A stretch of 62,659 nucleotides of DNA, filler included, from 7 parts of 7 records of this genome joined end to end with filler, not necessarily neighbours in it, one strand, 5' to 3'; shown: positions 1-10,289, counted from the first letter of the whole stretch. Numbers and translations: made by a program. The notes: generated by a model not told the origin, from the letters alone.

Positions 1-14
1 TGCATATTTATTTT

Positions 15-2207
15 CTACCAGGGAACATACGAAATCTTTTTCGAAACAAAACCAGTCCCATTATTATATCGTACAAAATAAACGCCTGGAAGGTTACCGG
101 ACAAATCTATTTGAACTTTTCTGTTTAGAAGGTTACTAAAATTAACCTGAACCTTTTGCCCCAATAAGTTATAAACTGATATTTTTTCGGGTGAAATCTC
201 TTTCCCGGCTTCTAAAGTAAATACATCAGAAACAGGGTTTGGATAAACTAATATATCAAGTGGCCCACTTACCCTTTGCGTATCATTAGCAGTTGAAATT
301 CCGTTTACGTTGCATGCAACCAATTCAAACACATTGGAAATAGCATAATTTTCAACATTAGTAAACGCAAAATCATACCATAAACTGCCCCTTTTATAAT
401 AAAAAAAATTGTTTTGTCCTGCTTCGCGTACCGACTGATAAACAACAAATGTATCGAGGACATTCATATTATTCAATTCAAAGCCAACAAAAAAGGTCTC
501 TCCGGGTTCTACCGTTTCGCTAAATCCCAGATAATTCATAGCGCCTTCGGTCATAAAATCCAATTCAAAATTCTCGGAATAAATAAGTGTTTCAGGCAAA
601 TTACCTCCGTTATAAATATTAACAGTAATTTCGCCATCGTTTCCTGAATCTATTAATTTTCCAATCCCAAAGGAAATTCCCTGGAGTTTTTCATCGCCTT
701 CAATTGAAAATTTTTCGACAAACTCGGTAATCCCTGAGTTATTTGTCCCCCCCCAGTATCCTTCTGATTCATCGTTAACAATAAGCTTAACTAACTGATG
801 TTGATCGTCGCCTGTAAGATTTGTATAAGCCCTGCATAAGTCGACTCCTGAATAAAACCTTTTCCCTTCTAATTTTTGTACTCCCAGGTTTAAAGGATCA
901 AGCCAGGTTTTTAACTGTTTTGTAGTTTCCTGCCGGTAATCCCACGATAAATCCAGTCGTTCAAAATAATCGTATACCGGATCTTCACAGGTTGCAACTC
1001 CTCCGGTTAATGTTCCAATAATACTTTGTTCGCGATTAAAAAGTGCGCCTCCCGAGGAACCATTTTCTGTTACCCCTTCATCCCAGCGTGCAATTTCAAT
1101 AAATCCGTTTTTTGTATAATGCGAATTAAAATCTTCAATTTTTTGAATATCATAATCTATGGCAATCTTTTTAATATCGCCCCACGGATGATGAATACTA
1201 ACAACCGTATCGGTAAGTACACCGGAATTATCCCAGCCGGCATAAAACGGCCGGTATTCGGGTGGAGGAACCAGGCTCATTTCAACCAGAGCAAAATCCA
1301 GGCTGTCGAACTGCGCTTTCATAATTGCCCCTGAAACTGAATTTGAAGGATCGCCGTCTAAGGGGCCACAATACGGACTTTCGTAATTAAATATGAAAAC
1401 TGTAGTTTCAGCAAGATCCCAATCATCGTAACAATGTGCAGCCGAAATAATATAAGGTTTTTCATCTTCGGCCGTATTATTCACCAAGGTACCCGAACAA
1501 TATTCCACCCCATTTACAACCAATCGGCAAACTGCATCTTTTATTTCCGACCAGTTTCCTCCCAATTCACAATTAACATCTACATTACAGCTTCCTGCAA
1601 CTGTTGGAAAAAACGGACGCCGATCATCATCTTTTAGAACACCAATAAAATCGTGGTTTACCCGAATTATTTCAAAATACTGATTTTGAGGAATACCTTG
1701 TGGAATTTCAAATTGAATGGTAATTTCGTCGCCTTTAACAGGCATTACTGCAAATTTGCCGGAAGATTTATTATTTACTGAAGTAAACGCACCAAGAATA
1801 TGATTTTGATTTTTATTAAAGAGAAAAAGCCTTGTATTCTCGGGCAACTTAAAATCATCAAAAATAAGGTTTAACGATTTTGCTCCTTTTGAATTAATTT
1901 TTAACCGCCAGATTTGAGTTCCGTTTTCAGTTTCAGTCCAAACACCAGAATTATCCGTATTTAGATTTACTTCAACCGGATAAGCAAACCGAAATGGTTT
2001 TAACTTTACCGATGCATTTATCTCATCCACTGACTGTTTTAATAAAACTTCATTATTTTGTTGTGGTAAATTCACAACAGGTACTTCAGCACTTTTCAGT
2101 GTTAAAAATTCAAGAGGTTTGCCGCCTTGCGAAATCTGTCCATAAGAAAGTCCCTGAAACAGAAGAACCCCAACAAGAACCAAAAAGGTAATTCGCATTA
2201 AAAACAT
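15..2207 (-). CDS. Secreted trypsin-like serine protease (lysyl-endopeptidase/Achromobacter protease I-like) with C-terminal T9SS sorting domain
   Basis: Signal peptide; catalytic motifs ISAAHC, DFALVE, HHPWGDIKKI and GVTENGSSGGALF; C-terminal VYPNP...GVYFV...KKI T9SS type-A CTD. Confidence 0.88.
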   Translation of the reverse strand: MFLMRITFLVLVGVLLFQGLSYGQISQGGKPLEFLTLKSAEVPVVNLPQQNNEVLLKQSVDEINASVKLKPFRFAYPVEVNLNTDNSGVWTETENGTQIWRLKINSKGAKSLNLIFDDFKLPENTRLFLFNKNQNHILGAFTSVNNKSSGKFAVMPVKGDEITIQFEIPQGIPQNQYFEIIRVNHDFIGVLKDDDRRPFFPTVAGSCNVDVNCELGGNWSEIKDAVCRLVVNGVEYCSGTLVNNTAEDEKPYIISAAHCYDDWDLAETTVFIFNYESPYCGPLDGDPSNSVSGAIMKAQFDSLDFALVEMSLVPPPEYRPFYAGWDNSGVLTDTVVSIHHPWGDIKKIAIDYDIQKIEDFNSHYTKNGFIEIARWDEGVTENGSSGGALFNREQSIIGTLTGGVATCEDPVYDYFERLDLSWDYRQETTKQLKTWLDPLNLGVQKLEGKRFYSGVDLCRAYTNLTGDDQHQLVKLIVNDESEGYWGGTNNSGITEFVEKFSIEGDEKLQGISFGIGKLIDSGNDGEITVNIYNGGNLPETLIYSENFELDFMTEGAMNYLGFSETVEPGETFFVGFELNNMNVLDTFVVYQSVREAGQNNFFYYKRGSLWYDFAFTNVENYAISNVFELVACNVNGISTANDTQRVSGPLDILVYPNPVSDVFTLEAGKEISPEKISVYNLLGQKVQVNFSNLLNRKVQIDLSGNLPGVYFVRYNNGTGFVSKKISYVPW

Positions 2208-2368
2208 TTTGCTAAAAATATTAATTCCCCAGGATTCATACTACATATTTCTAATTTAATTATAAGAATTCTGTAAAATTCATTCCCCAATTAAATAAAA
2301 CTAATTATTTAATGTTGTAAATTACGTTAGAATTAAAATAAAATTGTTTCACTATTAATCATTTAATC

Positions 2369-2758
2369 ATGAAAAAGTTAAATTTTATTACCACACTGTT
2401 TGTAATTTTTGTATTTACCGTCATCTCTGTTTCTGCCGCAGATAAACCTCCAACAAAGGGAACAATTACAATGCCGGAAAATATTAAATCAATAATCGAC
2501 AAATCATGTTTTGGCTGTCACAATACCGATTCTCAAAATGAAGATGCCAAAGAAGATCTTGATTTTAATACGCTGGATGAATTATCGAAAATTAAAAAAA
2601 TCAGTGCTCTAAAAGAAATTGGCGAAACGGTTAAGGAAGGAGAAATGCCTCCAAAACGTTTTCTGGAAAGAAACCCGGATAAAAAGGTTACCGAAGAAGA
2701 AATTAAATTATTAACGGAATGGGTTAAAACCGAATCGGAAGCATTGGTAAAACAGTAA
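2369..2758 (+). CDS. Mono-heme c heme-binding domain protein (Haem_bd-like)
   Basis: Signal peptide, single CxxCH (SCFGCH), distal GEMPP motif, C-terminal LTEW. Confidence 0.8.
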   Translation: MKKLNFITTLFVIFVFTVISVSAADKPPTKGTITMPENIKSIIDKSCFGCHNTDSQNEDAKEDLDFNTLDELSKIKKISALKEIGETVKEGEMPPKRFLERNPDKKVTEEEIKLLTEWVKTESEALVKQ

Positions 2759-2835
2759 AAAAAGACTCATTTTCGAAAAAAAATACCGGATTTCGTAACT
2801 TGCGCTAATCCGGTTTTTCATTTAATACATTCAAT

Positions 2836-3303
2836 ATGCAAAGAATATTACAGGTACTTTTTATATTGCTGATAAGCGCACTGGTTATAATTCAGTTTTT
2901 TCAGCCCAAAGAAAACAAAGGTACTATTAACGAGAATCATATTTTTCAAAAAGAAAATATTCCGGGAAATATAAAAGAAATACTTACAAATGCTTGTCTC
3001 GATTGCCATTCCAACAACACAAATTATTTGTGGTATCATAAAATTGCACCCGTTTCCTGGATGGTTAATAATCATGTAATCGATGGAAAGAAACATCTGA
3101 ATTTTTCGGATTGGGGAGATTTAGACACTTTTGACAAAATTGGCTCTCTCGATGAAATTTGCGATGAAGTAGCAGACAAAAAAATGCCCATAAAAGCTTA
3201 TATTAAAATGCATAAAAAAGCTAAATTAAGCGAAGAACAAATACTTGAAATTTGTGCATGGACAGAAAAAATAAGTGAAGAATTATTAAAATCAATGCAG
3301 TAA
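2836..3303 (+). CDS. Heme-binding domain protein (Haem_bd family)
   Basis: N-terminal TM segment, ACLDCHSNNT, WY..IAPVSW, HLNFSDW and KMP motifs. Confidence 0.85.
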   Translation: MQRILQVLFILLISALVIIQFFQPKENKGTINENHIFQKENIPGNIKEILTNACLDCHSNNTNYLWYHKIAPVSWMVNNHVIDGKKHLNFSDWGDLDTFDKIGSLDEICDEVADKKMPIKAYIKMHKKAKLSEEQILEICAWTEKISEELLKSMQ

Positions 3304-3306
3304 AAT

Positions 3307-3720
3307 ATGAAAGTTCTGGTAATGTATGTCGATGAATTTGGTTATACCCCGGCACAAAAAAACCTCGAATCGGCAAAGGAAATTAATCAGGGAGCCGTAT
3401 TTACCAATTCAATCCTGGCATTTATTCAGATTGAAGCAAGCGATGAAGAAAATGATGTTAAAAGCCGCGAAAAGAAACTGGTAAACCACCTGAAATGGAC
3501 GGCACGTAAAAACAATTGCAAAAAAGTAATCCTGCATTCTTTTGCACATCTTTCGGAATCGAAAGCATCTATTGAGTTTACAAAAGAACTATTCGACCAG
3601 GCTGAAATACGCTTACAAAATGCTGAATTTGAAACCGCACAAACACCCTTTGGATATTTTCTCGATTTACAAATAAAAGCCCCGGGTTATTCTTTGGCAA
3701 GAATTTGGGCAACACTTTAA
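3307..3720 (+). CDS. Stand-alone archaeal-type threonyl-tRNA synthetase editing domain (tRNA-Thr_ED, DTD-like fold)
   Basis: FAHLS and PFGY motifs, LAFIQIE strand and 137-aa length match the archaeal ThrRS N-terminal editing domain. Confidence 0.8.
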   Translation: MKVLVMYVDEFGYTPAQKNLESAKEINQGAVFTNSILAFIQIEASDEENDVKSREKKLVNHLKWTARKNNCKKVILHSFAHLSESKASIEFTKELFDQAEIRLQNAEFETAQTPFGYFLDLQIKAPGYSLARIWATL

Positions 3721-3839
3721 AGGATGAAGATTTAAAGATTAATGATTACTTTCCTGTGTATTAATATATAAGCACAAATTCACCTAAAAAAACAGTTTGT
3801 CTAACTTTCAGTTATATTTGCACCCAGAAATTATTTAAT

Positions 3840-5087
3840 ATGAAATTTGAGGAGTATTCCATTTCACCCGATATAAAAAAGAATTTAAAAAAACTGGGAT
3901 TTCGGCGACCAACTGATATTCAATACAAAGCAATTCCTCCCATATTAAAAGGAGAAGATGTATTAGCAATTGCACAAACCGGAACTGGAAAAACCGCCGC
4001 ATTTGCCATTCCCATAATTCACAAAATTCAGGCTGGGAAAAAGCAAAAAAAATTATTTGGTGTTAAATGCCTGGTAATGGTTCCAACGCATGAGCTTGCA
4101 CAACAAATAACAGAAGTTTTTAAAACTGTTGGAAATAAAACCGGGGTAAAAACCACGGGAATTTTTGGTGGGGTTGAACAAGCTCCTCAAATTGAAGAAC
4201 TCGAAAAAGGAATTGACATTTTAGTAGCTACGCCGGGTCGCTTATTTGATTTGGCAAGCCAGGGATTTTTAAAACTAAATCAACTCGAAATTCTAATCCT
4301 CGACGAAGCAGACCACATGCTCGATCTTGGATTTATTAAAGACATTTACGACCTGGTACGAAAACTACCCAACAGAAGACAAACACTTTTCTTTTCGGCT
4401 ACCATCGATAATAAAATAAAAAAACTGGCTTACTCGCTGGTAAATAAACCTATTAGAATACAGGTTTCGCCTAAAAATCCGGTGGCAAAAAACATTGAAC
4501 ATTCAGTAGCTTTTATTGAAATGGATGATAAAAGGGCATTTCTTGAACGACTTGTTACCGAAAATCCTGAAAGTAAAATACTGGTATTTGTACGAACAAA
4601 AGTACGTGCCGAACGAGTAAAAAAGGCTATGTCACGGGTTGAAATTAAAAGCAATACCATTCACAGCGACAAAGAACAAAATGAACGATCGAAAACCCTC
4701 GAAGACTTTAAAAAAGGAAGTATTAAATTACTAATTACCACCGATGTTAGTGCACGTGGAATTGATATCCCAAATGTTGATTTTGTAGTAAACTATGATT
4801 TACCCGAAATTTCGGCCAATTATGTGCATCGTGTTGGACGAACCGGAAGAGGAACAAAAAAAGGACAAGCTGTTTCGTTTTGTAGCTCTGAAGAAAAGGA
4901 AATTTTAGACGAAATTGAATCGTACCTGGAAAAAGAAATTACAGTTCTTGAAATAAACAGGGAAATGTATCATGATACGCTTGATTTCACGAAAGACACC
5001 GATTACAACTGGAAAAAACTAATTCGCGAAAATGAACGTGAAGTAAAAGAATTCAGCAATAAAAAGAAAAAAGGAAAGAAAAAATAG
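3840..5087 (+). CDS. DEAD-box RNA helicase (RhlE-like)
   Basis: Q motif PTDIQ, AQTGTGKT, PTHELA, TPGR, DEAD, SAT, ARGID, HRVGRTGR; basic C-tail. Confidence 0.95.
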   Translation: MKFEEYSISPDIKKNLKKLGFRRPTDIQYKAIPPILKGEDVLAIAQTGTGKTAAFAIPIIHKIQAGKKQKKLFGVKCLVMVPTHELAQQITEVFKTVGNKTGVKTTGIFGGVEQAPQIEELEKGIDILVATPGRLFDLASQGFLKLNQLEILILDEADHMLDLGFIKDIYDLVRKLPNRRQTLFFSATIDNKIKKLAYSLVNKPIRIQVSPKNPVAKNIEHSVAFIEMDDKRAFLERLVTENPESKILVFVRTKVRAERVKKAMSRVEIKSNTIHSDKEQNERSKTLEDFKKGSIKLLITTDVSARGIDIPNVDFVVNYDLPEISANYVHRVGRTGRGTKKGQAVSFCSSEEKEILDEIESYLEKEITVLEINREMYHDTLDFTKDTDYNWKKLIRENEREVKEFSNKKKKGKKK

Positions 5088-5115
5088 TATCGTTATTTTA
5101 GAAGAGCCATTTTAT

Positions 5116-5775
5116 TTAAAGATATTCCAATTTAATATCCCGAATTGCACCTGTTGTATTCCAGGTACATATTCCAAATGGTTTTGAAAGCGTAACTTCC
5201 GGTCTGATATATAATTTATGTTCGCCTATTTCAAAATCCAACACATTTTCTTCATTTATCCAGGCTTCAATTTTAGTACGAGTTACCTTCAACCTGATTT
5301 TGTACCAAGTATTTTTTTCAAAGTTCATTAACACTTTTGTTACATTTTCTGAAGTATCTAAACCGTCGATTGTGCTCAAACCGACTACCGGACCACCCCA
5401 TCCGCCAACAATAAACGAACAAAATGTTTCATTTACAGGAAAAGTTATTCCACAAAAAAAATCATTCCCCGAAACCCTCATTGCGTTCATTCTTACTTCA
5501 TAATTAACCGTTGGAAAATCGCGGGTGTAGTTTATTCCGGTACAACCATCGCCGTACGAAAGAACGATTTTCCCATCGGTAACCTGAACCGGTCCTTGTG
5601 TTCCAAAATTTGTAACTTCCCAGCCCGTTAAAGTTTTTCCGTCAAAAATAGAATTCTCAACATTACCCTGAACTAATTCTTCTTGTTTAATTTTAGTACC
5701 TCCAGACCGACAAGCAGTAAAAAAAAATATGAATAAAAATATTTTCCAGTAATTCATTGATTTACATTTAGTCAC
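5116..5775 (-). CDS. DUF1080 (3-keto-disaccharide hydrolase-like) lipoprotein
   Basis: Lipobox FTAC; IFDGKTLTGW, GNDFFCG and GGWGG motifs; true start may be the second Met (MNYWK). Confidence 0.75.
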   Translation of the reverse strand: MTKCKSMNYWKIFLFIFFFTACRSGGTKIKQEELVQGNVENSIFDGKTLTGWEVTNFGTQGPVQVTDGKIVLSYGDGCTGINYTRDFPTVNYEVRMNAMRVSGNDFFCGITFPVNETFCSFIVGGWGGPVVGLSTIDGLDTSENVTKVLMNFEKNTWYKIRLKVTRTKIEAWINEENVLDFEIGEHKLYIRPEVTLSKPFGICTWNTTGAIRDIKLEYL

Positions 5776-5804
5776 AAATATTTAAACGCTTTACTTTTTG
5801 AATA

Positions 5805-6284
5805 TTATTCATTTAATTCGCGCAATGCTTTTCGCGAAGCTCTATCGACCAACGTAAAGAAGCGGTCGGTTTCATTTTTCAAACCCGATTTTTTATGCCC
5901 TTTAACTTTTACAAATTCGCAATTCAATTTATCTGTAATCTGAAAAAATTCTTTGTATAATACCCAATTCTTAAGCCGCATTCCTTTTTTTGAATAGAAA
6001 TTGTTTATTTCCATTTTCTCACGACGGTTTTGTAATTTTACAATATTCTGTGAATCGGTATAAACAGTAATCAATTCTGCATATTCAGGTATTTGATTTA
6101 ATGCCCATAAAAGTGTCTGTAATTCAAGCTTTGTAGAGGAAGTTTGGTGAAATTTTTTAACTTTTACTGATTGATTTAGATTATCAACAAATTTATCATT
6201 TGCTTTTATCAACAACATTGCACCAAACCCAACATCTGTTGTTGTGTTTACGCTACCATCAGTATATAATATTAAATCCTTCAA
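5805..6284 (-). CDS. rnhA: Ribonuclease HI family protein
   Basis: YTDGS, STKLEL, YTDS, KVKGH and VDRAS catalytic motifs; TTG start. Confidence 0.85.
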   Translation of the reverse strand: MKDLILYTDGSVNTTTDVGFGAMLLIKANDKFVDNLNQSVKVKKFHQTSSTKLELQTLLWALNQIPEYAELITVYTDSQNIVKLQNRREKMEINNFYSKKGMRLKNWVLYKEFFQITDKLNCEFVKVKGHKKSGLKNETDRFFTLVDRASRKALRELNE

Positions 6285-6401
6285 CTTTTTTGTTGTATTA
6301 AATTATGTAAAACCAGATCCCAGTAACAAGATTATTTTTAAAGTAAATTTGATAATTCCATAAAACAAAAAAACAACTCAAAAAAGTTGCTTAAAATTTA
6401 G

Positions 6402-6435
6402 AAAAAAAAAGGGGCAACCTTCATCAAAGTTGCCC
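6402..6435 (-). terminator. Rho-independent terminator with no upstream ORF
   Basis: Minus strand GGGCAACTTT-GATG-AAGGTTGCCC-C-T9; 10-bp stem with one G-U pair. Confidence 0.7.
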
Positions 6436-6589
6436 ATACTTGTATTATGAAAGATAAAAAATAAGGGTTTGTCCAGTAAAACTATGCATTATTATATTAA
6501 AAACCAAATTTAAAAATCGGCTTTTTTTTGTTCGATAAACATCAATTTCTAAAATAAATCCCGGCTAAAATCAAGAAATCCAGAAAAGC

Positions 6590-6616
6590 AAAAAGGGCCG
6601 CTCAACAGCAACCCTT
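6590..6616 (-). terminator. Rho-independent terminator with no upstream ORF
   Basis: Minus strand AAGGGTTGCT-GTTG-AGCGGCCCTT then a T-rich tail; two G-U pairs form only on the minus strand. Confidence 0.65.
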
Positions 6617-6929
6617 ACAATAACTAGCTTTTCTATTAACTGGTAAACACCAATTAATAATTTAAAGTTACTCTTTTTGGTTTGAAAAATGTTTTTTGAA
6701 AAAAATATTATTCGCGAATTAACTTTCAAAATGCAAAAATCAGCATTTTTTACCTTTTCAATCAGAATTTTTAACCCCCTCTCTCAGCAATTAAAACCTC
6801 TAAATTCGATATTATTTCTAAAACACAAACAAAACTCATGTAATCTCAGAACCAAACGCAACAAAAAATAACTTACGAATTTTGTTATTTTTTAAACAAA
6901 TCGTATATTTACAGAAATTTTGTATAGAA

Positions 6930-7520
6930 ATGAATTCAAAAATGGAAAATCCAAAATACAGCAGCATCATAAAAACAGCACACAGTTTATTTTGGAAACA
7001 TGGAATTAGCAGGGTAAGTATCGAAGAAATTTGCAGAGAAGCCAACGTAAGCAAAATGACTTTTTACAAATTTTTCTCAAATAAAAAAGAACTGGGAAAA
7101 ACAGTTATCAATAGTATTATTGATGAAAGCATTGAGAAATACAATAAAATAATGAACGAGCCAATTTCATTTGAAGAAAAGATAAAAAAACAAATGCTGT
7201 TAAAATTTGAAGGAACAAAAGAGATTAGCGCCGAACTGGTAAAAGACATTTATTCCAATCAAAAATTAGGATTACACCTTCACTGGCAAAAACGTTCTGA
7301 TGAATTTGTAGATATTGTAAAAGAAGATTATCGAAAAGCGCAAAAAAACGGTTCGATTAGAAAAGATCTTAACCTCGATTTTGTTTTTATAATTAACAAT
7401 AAAATGGCCGGATTATTATCCGATCCGCAACTTACATCTATGTACGGGAATATGCAGGAACTAATTATGGAATATGCAAATCTAATTTTTTACGGAATTG
7501 TATCGCACCAAAAAGAATAA
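6930..7520 (+). CDS. TetR/AcrR family transcriptional regulator
   Basis: N-terminal HTH LFWKHGISRVSIEEICREANVSKMTFYKFFSNKKEL; ATG 6930 preferred over TTG 6882. Confidence 0.9.
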   Translation: MNSKMENPKYSSIIKTAHSLFWKHGISRVSIEEICREANVSKMTFYKFFSNKKELGKTVINSIIDESIEKYNKIMNEPISFEEKIKKQMLLKFEGTKEISAELVKDIYSNQKLGLHLHWQKRSDEFVDIVKEDYRKAQKNGSIRKDLNLDFVFIINNKMAGLLSDPQLTSMYGNMQELIMEYANLIFYGIVSHQKE

Positions 7521-7521
7521 A

Positions 7522-7899
7522 ATGAAAATTCAATTGCTTATATATTGTTTTGTATTTCTTCTTATTTCAGAATACACACAGGCACAAACAACTAGTTATG
7601 AACCAACTAGTTCTTTTTTACTAAAAGGGCAATTCTCTGCATGGGGGCATTTTAATATGGATAACACCCTCCCTGTATGGACAGGAAGCCGATATATTCC
7701 ACAAATAAATTATGAATTAAAATTTAGCGAAAACCAAATGCTCGACTTTGAAGCCTCTTCAAATTTATTTGGAAGCCTTGGCTTTAATCCTTTTGATTCG
7801 GCCAGTGTAAGCGGAAAAGTTAAACCATACCGTCTTTGGACCCGGTTCTCATCTCAGCAATTTGAAATAAGGGCAGGACTACAAAAAATAAATTTTGGT
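7522..7899 (+). CDS. Exported/outer-membrane protein, 3'-truncated at contig end
   Basis: Signal peptide; YRLW...FEIRAGLQKINFG resembles beta-barrel porin strands. Confidence 0.55.
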
Positions 7900-7999
7900 N
7901 NNNNNNNNNNNNNNNNNNNNNNNNNNNNNNNNNNNNNNNNNNNTTAATTAATTAANNNNNNNNNNNNNNNNNNNNNNNNNNNNNNNNNNNNNNNNNNNN
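7900..7999. other. Artificial contig spacer
   Basis: N44-TTAATTAATTAA-N44 (stop codons in all frames). Confidence 0.99.
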
Positions 8000-8519
8000 C
8001 CCGGAGGGTCCCGGCAAAGCCGGCACGATCCAAAAACCTGAATAAATGATCTGTTGTTTTCACTTTATTCTGCTTACAGATAATTAAAAGCCACAATATT
8101 TCCATAAAATTGAGAGTCTCAATCGTGACAAGCATGACGATCACATGAGGAATTCTACAGAACCTTTAACTATGTTTCTTTCTCACAAGTAAAGCGAATG
8201 AAGCAATCACTATTCTCGTAAGAGCGGTGAAATCAGGACTGCCTATGATACTTCTTTCACCGCAGGCATAGAAGCTAACCAGCGTTTCCTCTGAATCATC
8301 CTATCGTTATATATTTGTGTGCCTGTTAAATAAATAAGTAATTCAGGCTGAACCTTGCTTTTTTATTTGTTTTTACTGAAATCAGTATTTTCTTTTTTGC
8401 AACTTTATACCAGCTACAGGCATACCATATCATTTACTAAACTTTAAATAGAGTGTCATGCTAACAAATGACATGTTATCATTTGTCATGATTTATAGTA
8501 ATAAATGGAAGGAGAAAAT

Positions 8520-8645
8520 ATGCTTGGAATAGATGATCCACAGATATGGCTGGCTTACATACTATGTTTTGTAAGCGCCGTTGGCTGCATAATCTATGGA
8601 GCCCTAAAATGGAATGATGGTTCCGATGACGGAGAGGTGATCTGA
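8520..8645 (+). CDS. Small symporter accessory membrane protein (41 aa; not in ORF track)
   Basis: MLGIDDPQIWLAYILCFVSAVGCIIYGALKWNDGSDDGEVI; GAAGGAG RBS; TGATG overlap with the symporter start. Confidence 0.85.
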   Translation: MLGIDDPQIWLAYILCFVSAVGCIIYGALKWNDGSDDGEVI

Positions 8646-10231
8646 TGGCACTTAGTACACCTGTTCTCGGAGTCATAATACTTGTATACCTCATGGTAAT
8701 CTTTTATCTCGGATGGCTCGGATTCAAGAAGACAAAACAGACCGAAGACTACATGGTAGCTGGAAGGCAGATACATCCTTATATCCTTGCACTGTCCTAT
8801 GGTGCAACATTTATCAGTACCTCAGCCATAATCGGATTTGGTGGAGCTGCCGGTGCCCTTGGTATGGGGCTCTTATGGCTTGCATTCATGAACATCTTTG
8901 TAGGGATATTCATAGCATTCGTAGTGTTCGGTTCAAAGACACGCCGTATGGGACTGAATCTTAATGCTGTTACATTCCCTGAACTGCTTGGAAGGCGTTT
9001 CCAGTCAAGATTCATTCAGGGATTCTCAGGAGCAATCATAGGCATATTCATGCCGCTTTATGCAGGTATCGTACTTATCGGAGGAGCAAGGTTCCTTGAA
9101 TCCACCCTCAATATAAACTATGACATCGCAGTTCTTATTCTCACAGTTATCGTAGCAGCTTACGTTATCACAGGTGGACTTATTGCTGTTATGTATACAG
9201 ACGCCCTTCAGGGAGCACTCATGTTCATTGGAATGGCATTCCTGCTTGTATTCACCTACATCAAACTGGGAGGAGTCACTGCTGCTCATTCCGCACTTAC
9301 ATCCATGAACGACCTCGTACCGGATAGTCTCGTAGCCGGAGGACATATGGGATGGACATCCATGCCGGCATTCGGCTCACCCATATGGTGGACACTGATA
9401 TCAACACTGGTCCTCGGTGTGGGAATAGGAGTTGTCGCTCAGCCACAGCTCGCAGTCAGGTTCATGACAGTGAAGAACGACACAGCACTAAATAGAGCAG
9501 TACTGGTAGGAGGACCTTTTATCCTCATGATGACAGGTGTTGCCTTTACGGTAGGTGCACTTTCAAACGCGTATTTCTATGAAACACTAGGCAAGATATC
9601 AGTTGTAGTTGCAGGAGGAAATACCGACCTTATTATGCCCGAGTTCATCAACAGTGCCATGCCTGAGACCTTTGTGATTCTGTTCATGTTGACCCTGCTT
9701 GCAGCAGCAATGTCAACCTTAAGCTCGCAGTTCCACACAATGGGAACATCCATAGGACACGACTTCTATCGTGAGTTCATCAAGAAAGGGGAACTCGGAC
9801 AGACAATCAACATAACCAGAGCAGCAATTGCGTTCACGATCCTTGCAAGCGTCATACTGGCATACATACTGCCGATCAGTATCATTGCCCGTGCAACAGC
9901 AATCTTCTTCGGACTCTGTGCAGCAGCTTTCCTGCCAATGTACGCAGGTGCATTGTTCTGGAAGCGTATGACAAAAGAAGGCGCGATCGCAAGTCTTCTT
10001 GTAGGTACCTTCAGCAGTCTGTTCTGGCTTGCATTCGTACATGCAAAGGAAGCCGTACCACTTGGCATCAGCAAAGCGATCTTTGGCGTTGACACCATCC
10101 TCACAGGAACCTGGACCGTTGTAGACCCAATACTTGTAGCTACACCACTTGCTTTTGTAATTGCTATTGTCGTAAGTCTGATGACAAAGCCAACGCCTCA
10201 GGAACACCTGGATGTGTGCTTTAAGAAATGA
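8645..10231 (+). CDS. Sodium:solute symporter (SSF) family protein
   Basis: DYMVAGR, LSYGATFISTSAIIGFGG, YTDALQG, QPQLAVRF and AAAMST motifs; polytopic membrane protein. Confidence 0.93.
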   Translation: MALSTPVLGVIILVYLMVIFYLGWLGFKKTKQTEDYMVAGRQIHPYILALSYGATFISTSAIIGFGGAAGALGMGLLWLAFMNIFVGIFIAFVVFGSKTRRMGLNLNAVTFPELLGRRFQSRFIQGFSGAIIGIFMPLYAGIVLIGGARFLESTLNINYDIAVLILTVIVAAYVITGGLIAVMYTDALQGALMFIGMAFLLVFTYIKLGGVTAAHSALTSMNDLVPDSLVAGGHMGWTSMPAFGSPIWWTLISTLVLGVGIGVVAQPQLAVRFMTVKNDTALNRAVLVGGPFILMMTGVAFTVGALSNAYFYETLGKISVVVAGGNTDLIMPEFINSAMPETFVILFMLTLLAAAMSTLSSQFHTMGTSIGHDFYREFIKKGELGQTINITRAAIAFTILASVILAYILPISIIARATAIFFGLCAAAFLPMYAGALFWKRMTKEGAIASLLVGTFSSLFWLAFVHAKEAVPLGISKAIFGVDTILTGTWTVVDPILVATPLAFVIAIVVSLMTKPTPQEHLDVCFKK

Positions 10232-10236
10232 TGTTT

Positions 10237-10263
10237 AAACCTGTGGTTTCCACAGGTTTTTTT
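10237..10263 (+). terminator. Hairpin plus T-tract terminator
   Basis: AAACCTGTGG-TTT-CCACAGGTTT followed by a T run, right after the symporter stop. Confidence 0.7.
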
Positions 10264-10289
10264 GTTTATTTATATTATTTGATTAATCA

